Shown here: positions 1 through 9,226 of the stretch, piece by piece | How positions within the stretch are numbered: position 1 is the stretch's first letter | Layout: every line of letters begins with the position of its first letter | Origin: a virus | Taxonomy: Duplodnaviria; Caudoviricetes | Length of the DNA: 44,392 nucleotides | IMG/VR virus record: IMGVR_UViG_3300012031_000023 | Location: 1 to 44,392 of that record | Strand: one strand, 5' to 3' | Made by a program: the position numbers and the translations under genes | Notes under the pieces: model-generated | The model's database searches: none | The model's input: the letters and a program-made list of their open reading frames with translations, nothing else | Told to the model about the DNA's origin: nothing

Positions 1-39
1 CTCCTTGTTTTAATTATTTAGAGTAGTATTTTTTAGTTG

Positions 40-65
40 AAAAAAAGCCCCACACTTGGTGGGGC
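40..65 (-). terminator. Rho-independent terminator downstream of the prohead protease gene
   Basis: On the minus strand: GCCCCAC-CAAGT-GTGGGGC followed by T7 (A run at 40-46), about 30 nt after the stop codon at 98. Confidence 0.85.
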
Positions 66-97
66 CTATAAAGTAAGTTTATTGTTATTATTAGTAC

Positions 98-730
98 TTA
101 CATCTTGTTAAAAACATTATCCACGAATAGTAGTATGCTCTTACTGAAATGTTTCTGTGCATTTTCATCATGTTGTAAACTTTCTGCTAGTGAAAGAACT
201 CGTTGTCCTTCTTTACTATTTTGTAGTCCTTCATATACGGGACGTGGATATGCCCCACGAACAGAAGGTGTAGCAACTAAATCAGCAGTAACAAAAACGT
301 ATCCAGATACGACTCCACCATTACCAACGTTACCTGCACCTCTACTTGAGATACCATAACGAACGCCAGTTTTACCAAGTGCTTCAGCAATTGCACCCAT
401 TGGTGTATCTCTGATAATTTCGGCTCTACCAATCACATTATTGCCAACGATATTAAGTTCTTTAATAGCGTGGGAAATTCTATCCATGTTGATGGTAAGT
501 TTTTCTGGATGATCTAGTTCTCCAAAGATACCACCATTTTCTTTAATGAGATTATTAGCACTATTAACGGCTAATGTCATTTCTGAAAGGGGATATATTC
601 TTTCGTTTCTGTTGGGTTGTTCCGCTTGCATGAAAACACCACTCAACCACATGTTCTTACCAACAGTTGTACTGGCTTCACAAACGATTTTCGCTGCATC
701 TGGTTGTAGGCTTTCAAACAACGGTTCCAT
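98..730 (-). CDS. gp21: Prohead core protein protease (T4 gp21-like)
   Basis: Motifs GVFMQAEQPNRNERIYP, GELDHP, TPMG, GISSRGAG and DLVATPS match the gp21 family. Start moved from 823 to the ATG at 730 (MEPLFES), which abuts the upstream gene's stop at 732. Confidence 0.93.
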   Translation of the reverse strand: MEPLFESLQPDAAKIVCEASTTVGKNMWLSGVFMQAEQPNRNERIYPLSEMTLAVNSANNLIKENGGIFGELDHPEKLTINMDRISHAIKELNIVGNNVIGRAEIIRDTPMGAIAEALGKTGVRYGISSRGAGNVGNGGVVSGYVFVTADLVATPSVRGAYPRPVYEGLQNSKEGQRVLSLAESLQHDENAQKHFSKSILLFVDNVFNKM

Positions 731-731
731 A

Positions 732-1433
732 TTATTTACCCACCGTACCTTTAACGACTTTATCAGCGTCTTTAAGTTTGTCATGGCCGTGGTCGTGTTT
801 TTTAGGGTTTTCCATACGCTCATCCTTATGCTTACCCTTCAACTCGGTCTGTTTGTCTGGAGGATTGGCACCGCCACCAGAACCACGTGGGTCTTCAGCA
901 GATGTAGCATCATCATGGCCGTGGTCATTCTTCTTAGGAGTTTCCATACGGCTATCTTTATGTTCTTTATTCTTCAAATCTTTTTCTTTGTCTGGAGGAT
1001 TAGAACTACCACCAGAGGCTTTTGGCTCTTTGGCAGATGTAGCATCGTCATGACCGTGGTCATTCTTCTTAGGAGTTTCCATACGGCTATCTTTATGTGC
1101 TGTATCGAGTTTAGTAGATACATACCCTTCTGGTGACTTTAACTCTTCAGTAAGTCCAGAAACATGATTCATCAACTCTTCATCGTTTTCAAAAGTTTGA
1201 ACGGCTCCATCATTCGCTGAAGTGAATTCAATTTTGTCATCCTTCATCTGGAAAGAACCAACAGTGTTTCCTCCGATGAAAACATCGTTTCCACGAATGG
1301 TAACTTCATCACTTTCTAATAGACCAAGAATTTTTCTGGTTTTCACATAAGAAAGGTCTTTTACTAGACTACGTGTTAGTTCGTCGTTTCCTTCGAATAC
1401 CGCGTCAACTATTTTATCTTGAATGCTGCTCAT
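732..1433 (-). CDS. Putative prohead core / internal head protein with C-terminal tandem repeats
   Basis: 233-aa ORF between portal and protease (where T4 has gp67/gp68), preceded by TATAAATA and an AGGTG RBS. Highly charged C-terminal half; LLES and LTEE are possible gp21-type cleavage motifs. Confidence 0.7.
   Translation of the reverse strand: MSSIQDKIVDAVFEGNDELTRSLVKDLSYVKTRKILGLLESDEVTIRGNDVFIGGNTVGSFQMKDDKIEFTSANDGAVQTFENDEELMNHVSGLTEELKSPEGYVSTKLDTAHKDSRMETPKKNDHGHDDATSAKEPKASGGSSNPPDKEKDLKNKEHKDSRMETPKKNDHGHDDATSAEDPRGSGGGANPPDKQTELKGKHKDERMENPKKHDHGHDKLKDADKVVKGTVGK
781..1098 (-). repeat. Coding tandem repeat, ~132-135 bp unit, ~2.4 copies
   Basis: HKDSRMETPKKNDHGHDDATSA.. twice and HKDERMENPKKHDHGHD once; near-identical DNA blocks at ~1051-1098, ~913-963 and ~782-829. 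Confidence 0.9.
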
Positions 1434-1467
1434 AATTCACCTATAATTTTAATTTGTTTTCGATAAT

Positions 1468-1475
1468 TATTTATA
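1468..1475 (-). promoter_or_regulatory. T4-type late promoter TATAAATA
   Basis: Exact consensus 35 nt upstream of the ATG at 1433. Confidence 0.8.
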
Positions 1476-1476
1476 G

Positions 1477-1710
1477 TTAATCGCTCTTGGCGTTAACATA
1501 TTGTAAATATCTTCTTATATCAATCGGTCTTGAGTATCGTTTAACTCGCTCAAATTCCTTATCCGTTGCTTCATCATTATCTTTTTCATCATCTTCTTTC
1601 TTATTCTTATCTTCATCCTCGTCATCTTTACATAGACTGTCTGGATCAAGATATTTGAAATTGTCGATGTTTTCTAAGATTTGTCTTTTAAATGATAATT
1701 TCTTTTTCAT
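1477..1710 (-). CDS. Small acidic hypothetical protein (head module)
   Basis: 77-aa D/E/K-rich ORF with an ATGA overlap with the upstream small ORF. Confidence 0.7.
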   Translation of the reverse strand: MKKKLSFKRQILENIDNFKYLDPDSLCKDDEDEDKNKKEDDEKDNDEATDKEFERVKRYSRPIDIRRYLQYVNAKSD

Positions 1711-1880
1711 TCTGTACCACCGTCACCGGTTTCTGCATTGTTGACACCATAAACAGAAGCTCCCAACTTAGGAAGCTTCTTATCTTTATCTTTTACTTTA
1801 CGAGTCTCAAGATAGTTCTCAATGGGTTCACCCCATGCAGATAACTTCTTGGCAGTTTCTAGTACAGTAGAAATTTTCAT
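1707..1880 (-). CDS. Small hypothetical protein, 57 aa (not in the ORF track)
   Basis: Translates as MKISTVLETAKKLSAWGEPIENYLETRKVKDKDKKLPKLGASVYGVNNAETGDGGTE*. TAATG overlap with the upstream gene and ATGA overlap with the downstream gene fill the gap exactly. Confidence 0.75.
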   Translation of the reverse strand: MKISTVLETAKKLSAWGEPIENYLETRKVKDKDKKLPKLGASVYGVNNAETGDGGTE

Positions 1881-2560
1881 TAGAATCCAAACGCGCCTTC
1901 TTCACCATCACGGCTTTTCATAATTTCACGTTGTTCTTTTTCCAAGTCTTTCTTGGACTTAACCTGAATCTCTTCACCGGTAGGAATGTATTCATCACTG
2001 CGGAGGTTAATTTGTGTTCGATACATCGGCTTTCCATGGTGAAGACGAGCAGCGGCAACATCACCACCACCTAGTGTTCCTAAAACCACCATGTTCTTAC
2101 CATTAGCGGTTTTAATTATAGAACCCGTGCGGACTCCTTCATTAACTTTTTTGTCATCATCAGATTCATCATCGTCAGTCTTTTTCTTGGGTTCATGTTT
2201 ATAATCAACCATACCTTCGAGTTCATGAAGTAGATCATCACATCCATCTTCATCCATATCACAAATCTTATTTGCACAAGTTTTGATATCTTTTTCTTCA
2301 CAGTTATCCATGTCTGCAACTTTACCTAGACGCTTCAAAAACTTTTTCTCAGTTTTTTCATCGTCACACATTTTGAATAGTTTCTTAATGTGAGCGGCCA
2401 TTGCACCGGCAGTCATGGTTTTTTCGTGATCTTCGATCAAAAGACCTGCGGCCTTTTCAGTTAAGTACACATTGAACATTGAATTTAAGTCTTCGGTTTC
2501 GTGTAGTTCACCCGCAGAATTCTTTTGGACAAAAGTGTTTAAAAAATTGTTAATAGACAT
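1880..2560 (-). CDS. Putative internal head / core protein
   Basis: Start reassigned to the ATG at 2560 (MSINNF) with AGGAG RBS at 2571-2575; AATAAATA late-promoter variants at 2590-2597 and 2606-2613. Acidic, with multiple [LIV]xE motifs. Confidence 0.7.
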   Translation of the reverse strand: MSINNFLNTFVQKNSAGELHETEDLNSMFNVYLTEKAAGLLIEDHEKTMTAGAMAAHIKKLFKMCDDEKTEKKFLKRLGKVADMDNCEEKDIKTCANKICDMDEDGCDDLLHELEGMVDYKHEPKKKTDDDESDDDKKVNEGVRTGSIIKTANGKNMVVLGTLGGGDVAAARLHHGKPMYRTQINLRSDEYIPTGEEIQVKSKKDLEKEQREIMKSRDGEEGAFGF

Positions 2561-2648
2561 AGTAAGTAGACTCCTATTTTTCATCGTCTTATTTATTTTC
2601 AATACTATTTATTGAACTTATAGTTAAATTTATTAAAACCGGGGTTGT

Positions 2649-4361
2649 TTATCGTGGTCCCGGAGGTTGTTCGGGGACATCTCCTGCCCCAGCTTCAGGT
2701 TCGCCACCAAGGGGATCGTCAGTTAGACCACCCTCCGGGGAAGGCTCACCTTCGTTATCAAGGCCACCAAAGTCGTCTGGGCCACCACCGAAGTCTCCAC
2801 CACCCGGTAGGCCACCTAGACCACCTTCAAATCCACCAGCCTCGGCACCTTCCTCATTATATAGTTTTGGAATATCTTCTCTACCACCATCTACCGGTAT
2901 TCCTTTTTCCTCTCTAAGAAGTCTTTCATTAAATGCCATTTCTTCCTCTGTAAGTTGTAAGTACCTTATCTGAGCGAAGCGGTTAGATATAGATTTATCA
3001 GTTGAGACGCTATTGTATACATTGATAAGTGCGGCATCAATTTCTTGATCTCGACTCTTCTTGAAGTTACTAGGCTCTGGAAGTCTAATTCTATACAGTG
3101 ATGGATCAATGTTTAATTCATTCTCATAAACAAAACGTTTAAACTCTTCATCCAGTGTTCTTTCAATAAAGCACTGTAGTCGTTCAATATAAAGACTGAA
3201 CTTTATTTCTTGCATCATGGCTATACCCACTTTACCGTCATTAAAGTTTCCACTACCACCATCACCTTCTAAAGTGTTGATATAGCTTTCCGGAATCTTT
3301 AATCCTCTCCAAATTTTTCTAAAGAATATTTGTAGATCGTCTAGGTTACCTAGATTTTGGCCACCCGGTAGAGTTTCGATACGAGTTCCACCACCATTAG
3401 GACGAACTGCTAGGAAGAAGTCTTCCTGCATGGATTGTGGATTGTATACTGCATCAACTTGTGAATTTCCACCTACCTGTGATGGTATTCGTTTCTGTCT
3501 GAAATCGTTTTTAACTTTTTCTAAGATGGTAGAAATTTCATGTGGGTGTGCTCGTCCTACATCAATATAAAATGCTCTACGCTCTGGTGCGCGTTGGATT
3601 CTATAGATTACAATAGCATCTTCTAAAAGTTCTTTCTGTTTGAATACTTTATAGATTGGGCGAAGAATAGAAATACCAAACGGCATCTCTTCACTTGTTT
3701 CATCAAACAGAGAAAATCTGACTACATCCGAAGCTTTATACGGTTGAGCTTGATTAGTATCTTGTCCAGTAAACAGGGCTGAATGATTGAAAGCCCCCAT
3801 ATTGTTGTTTGCTTCATTGTTATAATCACTCCTAACCATCCACGCCTTAACGTGGGATAAATCATATTTGTCCGTAACGGCTGCATCAATACTTTGTGCA
3901 GGGGTGAACATCCACTGACCATTCTTTTTACGTGAGCGAATATAAAAAGTATCACCATACTTTACAGTGTTTCTACAGAGGTTGAATAGTCTATCACCCT
4001 CTAGGCCATGAAGAGATACAAATGTTTTTAATGCTGCTTTTAGTGTTAATATTACATTGTTTGATATTTTTTGTGATGGTTCGGTTTGCATATCCAACTT
4101 AAGGGCTTCTTTACCCTTGGGAGCATTTCCACACATTTCTTCGGCAATATAGTCTAATGCTAGTGCAATATCAGAGTCACTGTCCATGATGTCATATTCA
4201 CGGTAGCGGCTTTTTCTATTCGCGGCACCGTTTATAATTCTGTTGTACCATGAAGATTTCCCGAATAAGCCACCTCCACCACCGTAGGTAGACTGATTGT
4301 CTATAACCTCGGCATCTCTTCCCATGGGGCGTACAATTTTATAAAATTTGCTCGCTTTCAT
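2649..4361 (-). CDS. gp20: Portal vertex protein (T4 gp20-like)
   Basis: 570 aa; motifs LLEDAIVIYRIQRAPERRAFYIDVG, EDFFL and TRIETLPGGQNLG..DD are hallmark gp20. Acidic Gly/Pro C-terminal tail; AATAAATA at 4388-4395 upstream. Confidence 0.96.
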   Translation of the reverse strand: MKASKFYKIVRPMGRDAEVIDNQSTYGGGGGLFGKSSWYNRIINGAANRKSRYREYDIMDSDSDIALALDYIAEEMCGNAPKGKEALKLDMQTEPSQKISNNVILTLKAALKTFVSLHGLEGDRLFNLCRNTVKYGDTFYIRSRKKNGQWMFTPAQSIDAAVTDKYDLSHVKAWMVRSDYNNEANNNMGAFNHSALFTGQDTNQAQPYKASDVVRFSLFDETSEEMPFGISILRPIYKVFKQKELLEDAIVIYRIQRAPERRAFYIDVGRAHPHEISTILEKVKNDFRQKRIPSQVGGNSQVDAVYNPQSMQEDFFLAVRPNGGGTRIETLPGGQNLGNLDDLQIFFRKIWRGLKIPESYINTLEGDGGSGNFNDGKVGIAMMQEIKFSLYIERLQCFIERTLDEEFKRFVYENELNIDPSLYRIRLPEPSNFKKSRDQEIDAALINVYNSVSTDKSISNRFAQIRYLQLTEEEMAFNERLLREEKGIPVDGGREDIPKLYNEEGAEAGGFEGGLGGLPGGGDFGGGPDDFGGLDNEGEPSPEGGLTDDPLGGEPEAGAGDVPEQPPGPR

Positions 4362-4427
4362 TTACGATTTTCTGCTTTCATTCATTCTATTTATTTGACC
4401 ACACAAAATGTGAATAGGAAAGGTGCG

Positions 4428-7406
4428 TTAAACCATATCGTTAATAGCTGCCATTCTTCTGGTTACTGTTGCATTAGCTGCTGCTACCGCATTATTCAAC
4501 GCACTATTAACTTCTTGCTGTTGTTCTGCGTATGTGAGGTCGTTCCATCTCATGTTTGCATTCTTATTTGCATCGTTGGCCACATCCAATTCTTTCTTGT
4601 TAACATCCGTTAATTCAATTATGGCATTTTGTATAGCAGTTAGAACTTCCATTTCTCCTTCCATCATCTTCCCGTCTTCCAGTAAATAATCGTCTAACTC
4701 TTTTAATGCTCCTACATCAGTACTAATTTTACTAAAATCTTCACTATTAACGAACGATATAATTGCCATCTCGGCTTGCCGTCTGTATTCTTCACCTGTA
4801 CTCTTAGAGAGTGATGTGCCACCACCAGCATCCAGTGGAGAAGATGTAAGAGTTCTAGATAGTCTCATAGCCTCCGTCAATGAGAGTGGCCCAGAACTAA
4901 CATTTCCATTCTGTCTGACCGTCTGTATTGTATTTGAATTGAACGGGATGGCACTATTAATCTTACCAGCATAGTTACGTTCAATGTTTGTCTGTCCACT
5001 TTGTGGATCGACCATCAAAAGTTTATCGGTGAAAGAATTTCCTACCATACTTCCTGCCAGTTCGTCACGTTCCGCAATTATGTCATCCAGACTTCTATTA
5101 CCAAGATTATCTTTTCCTTGTGTTTGCATTTTTTCTATAATACGGTTAAGACCATCCAGAGTGTCCTGTTGTATGGCACCCAACCGTTCTCTCTCTGGTC
5201 GGGACCCAAGGGTTTCCCCCATTTTATACCCGGCAGTGATAGCCAGTATGTGGGGGCTTCTGCGTAGTGTTGCTGCTGCGGCTCTTTTACCGAATGCAAG
5301 TGTGCCCGCTGCTGCCGCTTTCGCAAATTTACCAGCTTTACCAGCTTTACCACCCATAATACCTTGGGCAATAATAGCCGCAACTATTTGTTGCGTGAAG
5401 CCACCCATAGCAACGATAATGGCCGTTGCTCCAGCACCTACACTGGACTCTCTAATTCCTACAATGTGCTCCACACCTGACAAGAGTTTACGCATAATCC
5501 CCATTTCTACGTTAGGGTCATTAGTTTTTCCCAGTTTAGTGGAGTCTACTTGGTCCACAGATGTTATAAGTTGTCCACCCGATCTCTCAGTTGCTTGAAT
5601 AGCTTCATCTACCGTAACTCCATGTAGTTCCATAAATCTTTCTAATACCGCTCTCTCTCCCAAGGCCACATCTGGGTCCATTTTAGATAATTCGTCCAAT
5701 CTAGTTCCGGCACGTATTGCCATATTTTCTCGGCCAACTATTGCCGCGTTTCTATCCTCATCGCTCATATTGGCACCACCCGCTCGCATATATTCAGCAA
5801 CCAACTTGGTTTCTGTTGGGTCCATACCTAGTTGTGTTCCTAGCATTGTTGCACCAATGGAACGCTTAAATGCATCTATAACATTGCCATATCGTAACTG
5901 TCTTTGTTCTTGAACCCGCTTTTTTTGTAACTGTAAGTCTTGGTTTAATACTGTTGCCAACTTCCCTCGAAATGTAATCTCATCTTCAATCGCTTTCATT
6001 TGTGCAAAAGAGCCAACTCCGGGTCCAGTGGCTCCTAGACGTAAGGAACCACCACTCATCATATCCGAGAAAAAGCTAACCATTTCATCTTGTGATATTC
6101 CCAAATTTATATGTGTATCTTTAACAAATTTCATTGCCCCACTAACACTATCTGCACTACTATCTGCACCTACTGCCCTCAAACTTTGGGAAAATCTCAT
6201 CATGTTATCTAGTGCAGCTTTTCCAACAAAACCCATCTCATAAGAAGTTTTTCGCATTTCCTGAAAAGCTGGTGATTCTACGAAGTCAGAGGCACCATCG
6301 AATCCTTCAGCCTGTCCTAGTCTTCGCATTGCATATCTATTTTCGGCAACTGAAGTTAGAAGGTCTGTTTCAGAAACACCCATGGCCAACGCTTCACCCC
6401 GCATAGAGTAGCGACCAACCGCTCCAGTTGTTTGTTGTCTAGTAAGAAGTAAACTAGCTTCCTTTTTAGCACCAGTACCTACCGCGAGTGCTAAACTGGC
6501 ACCGAGGGCAGTGAGGGCTTTTCCAAACCCGTCTGTAGCATCCTCAAGGTTTTTAGTATTCTTTTTTATAACGTTTTCGTGTGCCGCGACACTTCCGGCA
6601 AAAGCATCCTTGACGGTTTCGCTATATTCTTTAATATTATCTGCCGCATCTTGGATATTATCACCCAGTCCATCCATAATAGGTTGCATTATTTGTGCAA
6701 GCGCTTGATCTCTACGCATTGCCTCCTGCACATCCTTTTTACCAAGTTCACCTTTTAAATCTGTAAAAAGTTTTGGTATCTCACCAAGCTCACGCAAATC
6801 GGTAATAGTTTGGGTAAGTTGTGGGGCGTTAGGTGACTTTTTATCTAAGCTTAACTCCTTTTCCGCTTCTTTGATTAATTTACCTACGTTTGAAAGATCG
6901 GAACTAATTTTTAAATCTTTTAACCTTGTATCCTTGACGTTATCAGTGATACGCTTTTCTATATTAGTTCTTTTCTCTGTTAATTCGGCGAGTTGTTGGG
7001 ACTTTTTTTGTACGTCCCGAAGGGTTTTTTGTACAGTGGCTAAATCTTCACTGTTTTGTCCAACTCGATATGTATATTCATTGGTGGCCTTTGCTGCACT
7101 TTTATATGCATCACTAGTTCCTCTAAGAGAAATATCTAATTCTTTCGTACCCTTCTTCATGGCTTTAACAAGTGAGCCAATAATTGGAATACCCTCTGCC
7201 ATTGTTCTAGTTACACGCTTATTAACTTTTATCGTATCGTCATATACTTTACTAAGACGTTTTATTTTGTCAATTGGATCACCATCAGACGCACTCGATG
7301 ATGTATCTCTACGAAATGTATTGTTAGTACCCTTAATATCGTCTATAAGTTTTAGTAATACGTTATGTAGTTCTTTATCTGAATTATCCAAGAGGTTGTC
7401 CCACAA
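4428..7406 (-). CDS. Putative tail tape measure protein
   Basis: ~990-aa helical, Ala/Gly/Lys-rich protein with hydrophobic Gly/Ala stretches; late promoter at 7420-7427. Start uncertain (TTG at 7406 or 7391). Confidence 0.65.
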   Translation of the reverse strand: MWDNLLDNSDKELHNVLLKLIDDIKGTNNTFRRDTSSSASDGDPIDKIKRLSKVYDDTIKVNKRVTRTMAEGIPIIGSLVKAMKKGTKELDISLRGTSDAYKSAAKATNEYTYRVGQNSEDLATVQKTLRDVQKKSQQLAELTEKRTNIEKRITDNVKDTRLKDLKISSDLSNVGKLIKEAEKELSLDKKSPNAPQLTQTITDLRELGEIPKLFTDLKGELGKKDVQEAMRRDQALAQIMQPIMDGLGDNIQDAADNIKEYSETVKDAFAGSVAAHENVIKKNTKNLEDATDGFGKALTALGASLALAVGTGAKKEASLLLTRQQTTGAVGRYSMRGEALAMGVSETDLLTSVAENRYAMRRLGQAEGFDGASDFVESPAFQEMRKTSYEMGFVGKAALDNMMRFSQSLRAVGADSSADSVSGAMKFVKDTHINLGISQDEMVSFFSDMMSGGSLRLGATGPGVGSFAQMKAIEDEITFRGKLATVLNQDLQLQKKRVQEQRQLRYGNVIDAFKRSIGATMLGTQLGMDPTETKLVAEYMRAGGANMSDEDRNAAIVGRENMAIRAGTRLDELSKMDPDVALGERAVLERFMELHGVTVDEAIQATERSGGQLITSVDQVDSTKLGKTNDPNVEMGIMRKLLSGVEHIVGIRESSVGAGATAIIVAMGGFTQQIVAAIIAQGIMGGKAGKAGKFAKAAAAGTLAFGKRAAAATLRRSPHILAITAGYKMGETLGSRPERERLGAIQQDTLDGLNRIIEKMQTQGKDNLGNRSLDDIIAERDELAGSMVGNSFTDKLLMVDPQSGQTNIERNYAGKINSAIPFNSNTIQTVRQNGNVSSGPLSLTEAMRLSRTLTSSPLDAGGGTSLSKSTGEEYRRQAEMAIISFVNSEDFSKISTDVGALKELDDYLLEDGKMMEGEMEVLTAIQNAIIELTDVNKKELDVANDANKNANMRWNDLTYAEQQQEVNSALNNAVAAANATVTRRMAAINDMV

Positions 7407-7419
7407 GGTGATTTGAATA

Positions 7420-7427
7420 TATTTATA
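7420..7427 (-). promoter_or_regulatory. T4-type late promoter TATAAATA
   Basis: Exact consensus just upstream of the tape-measure-like gene. Confidence 0.8.
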
Positions 7428-7434
7428 GTACCGT

Positions 7435-7463
7435 TTGGAAACATTACGTCAAAGGTATATAAT
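7435..7463 (+). promoter_or_regulatory. Sigma70-like (early/middle) promoter for the gp55-47-46 operon
   Basis: TTGGAA-N17-TATAAT; AAGGA RBS before the ATG at 7507. Confidence 0.55.
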
Positions 7464-7506
7464 AACTTGTAAATATAGTAACTTACTATAACAAAGGAAA
7501 CAATAT

Positions 7507-8187
7507 ATGGCTAAGAGAACGAGAAAGAAAAAGGGTGATGAGTATTACATCAATAACGCTGAAATGCTAGAAGAAGTTATTAAAAGTAAAAAGCAAGGTC
7601 GAATGACTGAACGGTTTGGTGAAATGATAATGATACTCGCAAAAAGATATTCTTCACAAGGGAGTTATGCAAGTTATACTTATCGAGATGATATGGAATC
7701 ATATGCACTTACAATTGTGTGTAGAGGTTGGGATAGTTTTGATCCAGTTAAATATCAAAACCCATTCGCATACTTTACACAAACAGTTAAACGGGCATTC
7801 TGGCAATTTTTAGATTCGGAAAAATCTCAAAGAAATGTTAAAGATGCATTGTTAATAAGGGGTGGAGAACTACCATCACATACTTTTGAAGAAGATTTTA
7901 GAGAAACAGAACTTGAAGAAGCATATTTAGAATCGGTTGCTAAAAAGAAAATAACACCGAGATTCTCTAATCTGTTAATGCGAGAGATTGCGAGGGTTGT
8001 AGCAGATAAAGAAGCTACTAGAAGTATACGTAGAGACCTCATCAGTTATATTCTCAAAAAAGAAAAGGATAGAGAGAAGAAGGTTGCTCCCTATGAATTT
8101 TTGAAAAGAGAGATAAGTGATCTATCTGCCATATATGATCCAACATTCCACAAATATGAAGATGGTGAGTATGACAATGAATCTTGA
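7507..8187 (+). CDS. gp55: Late-transcription sigma factor (T4 gp55-like)
   Basis: YINNAE.L, YTYRDDM and FDP.KY.NPFAYFTQ motifs; lies directly upstream of gp47/gp46 as in T4-like phages. Confidence 0.9.
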   Translation: MAKRTRKKKGDEYYINNAEMLEEVIKSKKQGRMTERFGEMIMILAKRYSSQGSYASYTYRDDMESYALTIVCRGWDSFDPVKYQNPFAYFTQTVKRAFWQFLDSEKSQRNVKDALLIRGGELPSHTFEEDFRETELEEAYLESVAKKKITPRFSNLLMREIARVVADKEATRSIRRDLISYILKKEKDREKKVAPYEFLKREISDLSAIYDPTFHKYEDGEYDNES

Positions 8188-9226
8188 TAACGTTAAAACT
8201 GCTGCTCTTTTTACTGATATACATCTAGGTAGAAAGAACAGCAGTGAGGTTCACCTCAATGATTGTCAGGATTATATAAACTGGTTCATAAAAAATTGTA
8301 AAAAAGAAAAAGTGGATATGATAATCTTCTGTGGGGATTGGTTTGAACATAGAGATGCTATAACCGGGAAAACCCTTGATCGATCTCACAAGATCATCAA
8401 ACAACTAATTGAAGAATTACAATTACCATTCTTTTTTATTGTTGGAAATCACGATCTGGTTTATCGTAACACTCGTAATTCCTTCAACACGGTAATATTC
8501 GAACCGTTTGACAAAATGGTTCTAGTGGACGATAACATCAGTGTTACTATACAAAACAAGCGGGTGTTGTTTTGCCCATATTTGTTCGAAGAAGAGTATT
8601 CTGAACAGATTTCAGAAATAAATTCACATGATGTTGTATTTGGGCATTTTGAGTTTAAAGGTTTTGTGTTGACTGGTGAGACTAAAGTTCTCGATCATGG
8701 TCCGGACCAAGATGACTTTAAAAAACCACAGAGAATTTTTACTGGTCACTTCCATAAAAGACAAGAAAAGAAAAACGTCCATTATATTGGAAATACGTTT
8801 CCAATGGATTATAGTGATGCAAATGATACTAACCGTGGAATGGCCATCTACGACTTCACAAATGATGGTTTAAAGTATATTGACTGGGAAGAGTCTCCAT
8901 CTTATGTAAAATGTAATCTCAGTGACCTCCTAGAGTCCCCTAAAGCGTTTTTGCGAAAGAAAGCGTCTGTTACCTGTATGGTTGATGAAAAGGAGTTAGG
9001 ATATGAAGACATATTAAAAATTAAAACAGTCTTATCCGAGAAATTTTCATTACGGGAATTGAAATTGGAAGAACCCGTTGATGATTACTCAATCAGTGAA
9101 GATATTGATGCCGAAGATTTAAAGTCTGAAAGCACCGATGAAATTGTCATCAATCTATTGGGGCGAATTAAGGCTGAAGATATAGAATCCGATGAACTCA
9201 AAAAAATATATAAAGGATTACAATGA
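8177..9226 (+). CDS. gp47: Recombination endonuclease subunit (gp47 / Mre11 / SbcD-like metallophosphoesterase)
   Basis: TDIHLG, GDWF, GNHD, GHFE and TGHFH motifs. Start at 8177 (or 8171) after a GGTGAG RBS. Confidence 0.93.
   Translation: MNLDNVKTAALFTDIHLGRKNSSEVHLNDCQDYINWFIKNCKKEKVDMIIFCGDWFEHRDAITGKTLDRSHKIIKQLIEELQLPFFFIVGNHDLVYRNTRNSFNTVIFEPFDKMVLVDDNISVTIQNKRVLFCPYLFEEEYSEQISEINSHDVVFGHFEFKGFVLTGETKVLDHGPDQDDFKKPQRIFTGHFHKRQEKKNVHYIGNTFPMDYSDANDTNRGMAIYDFTNDGLKYIDWEESPSYVKCNLSDLLESPKAFLRKKASVTCMVDEKELGYEDILKIKTVLSEKFSLRELKLEEPVDDYSISEDIDAEDLKSESTDEIVINLLGRIKAEDIESDELKKIYKGLQ

Noticed and set aside
731-823. N-terminal 31 codons of the ORF-track protease call
   Set aside because: They overlap the upstream gene; the ATG at 730 is directly coupled to its stop and is the more plausible start.
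781-1098. Possible CRISPR-like array
   Set aside because: The repeats are in-frame coding units with homologous intervening sequence, not unique spacers. The same applies to 37500-38348.
546-1136. Hydrophobic plus-strand ORFs with repeats
   Set aside because: Antisense shadows of the charged tandem-repeat gene 732..1433.
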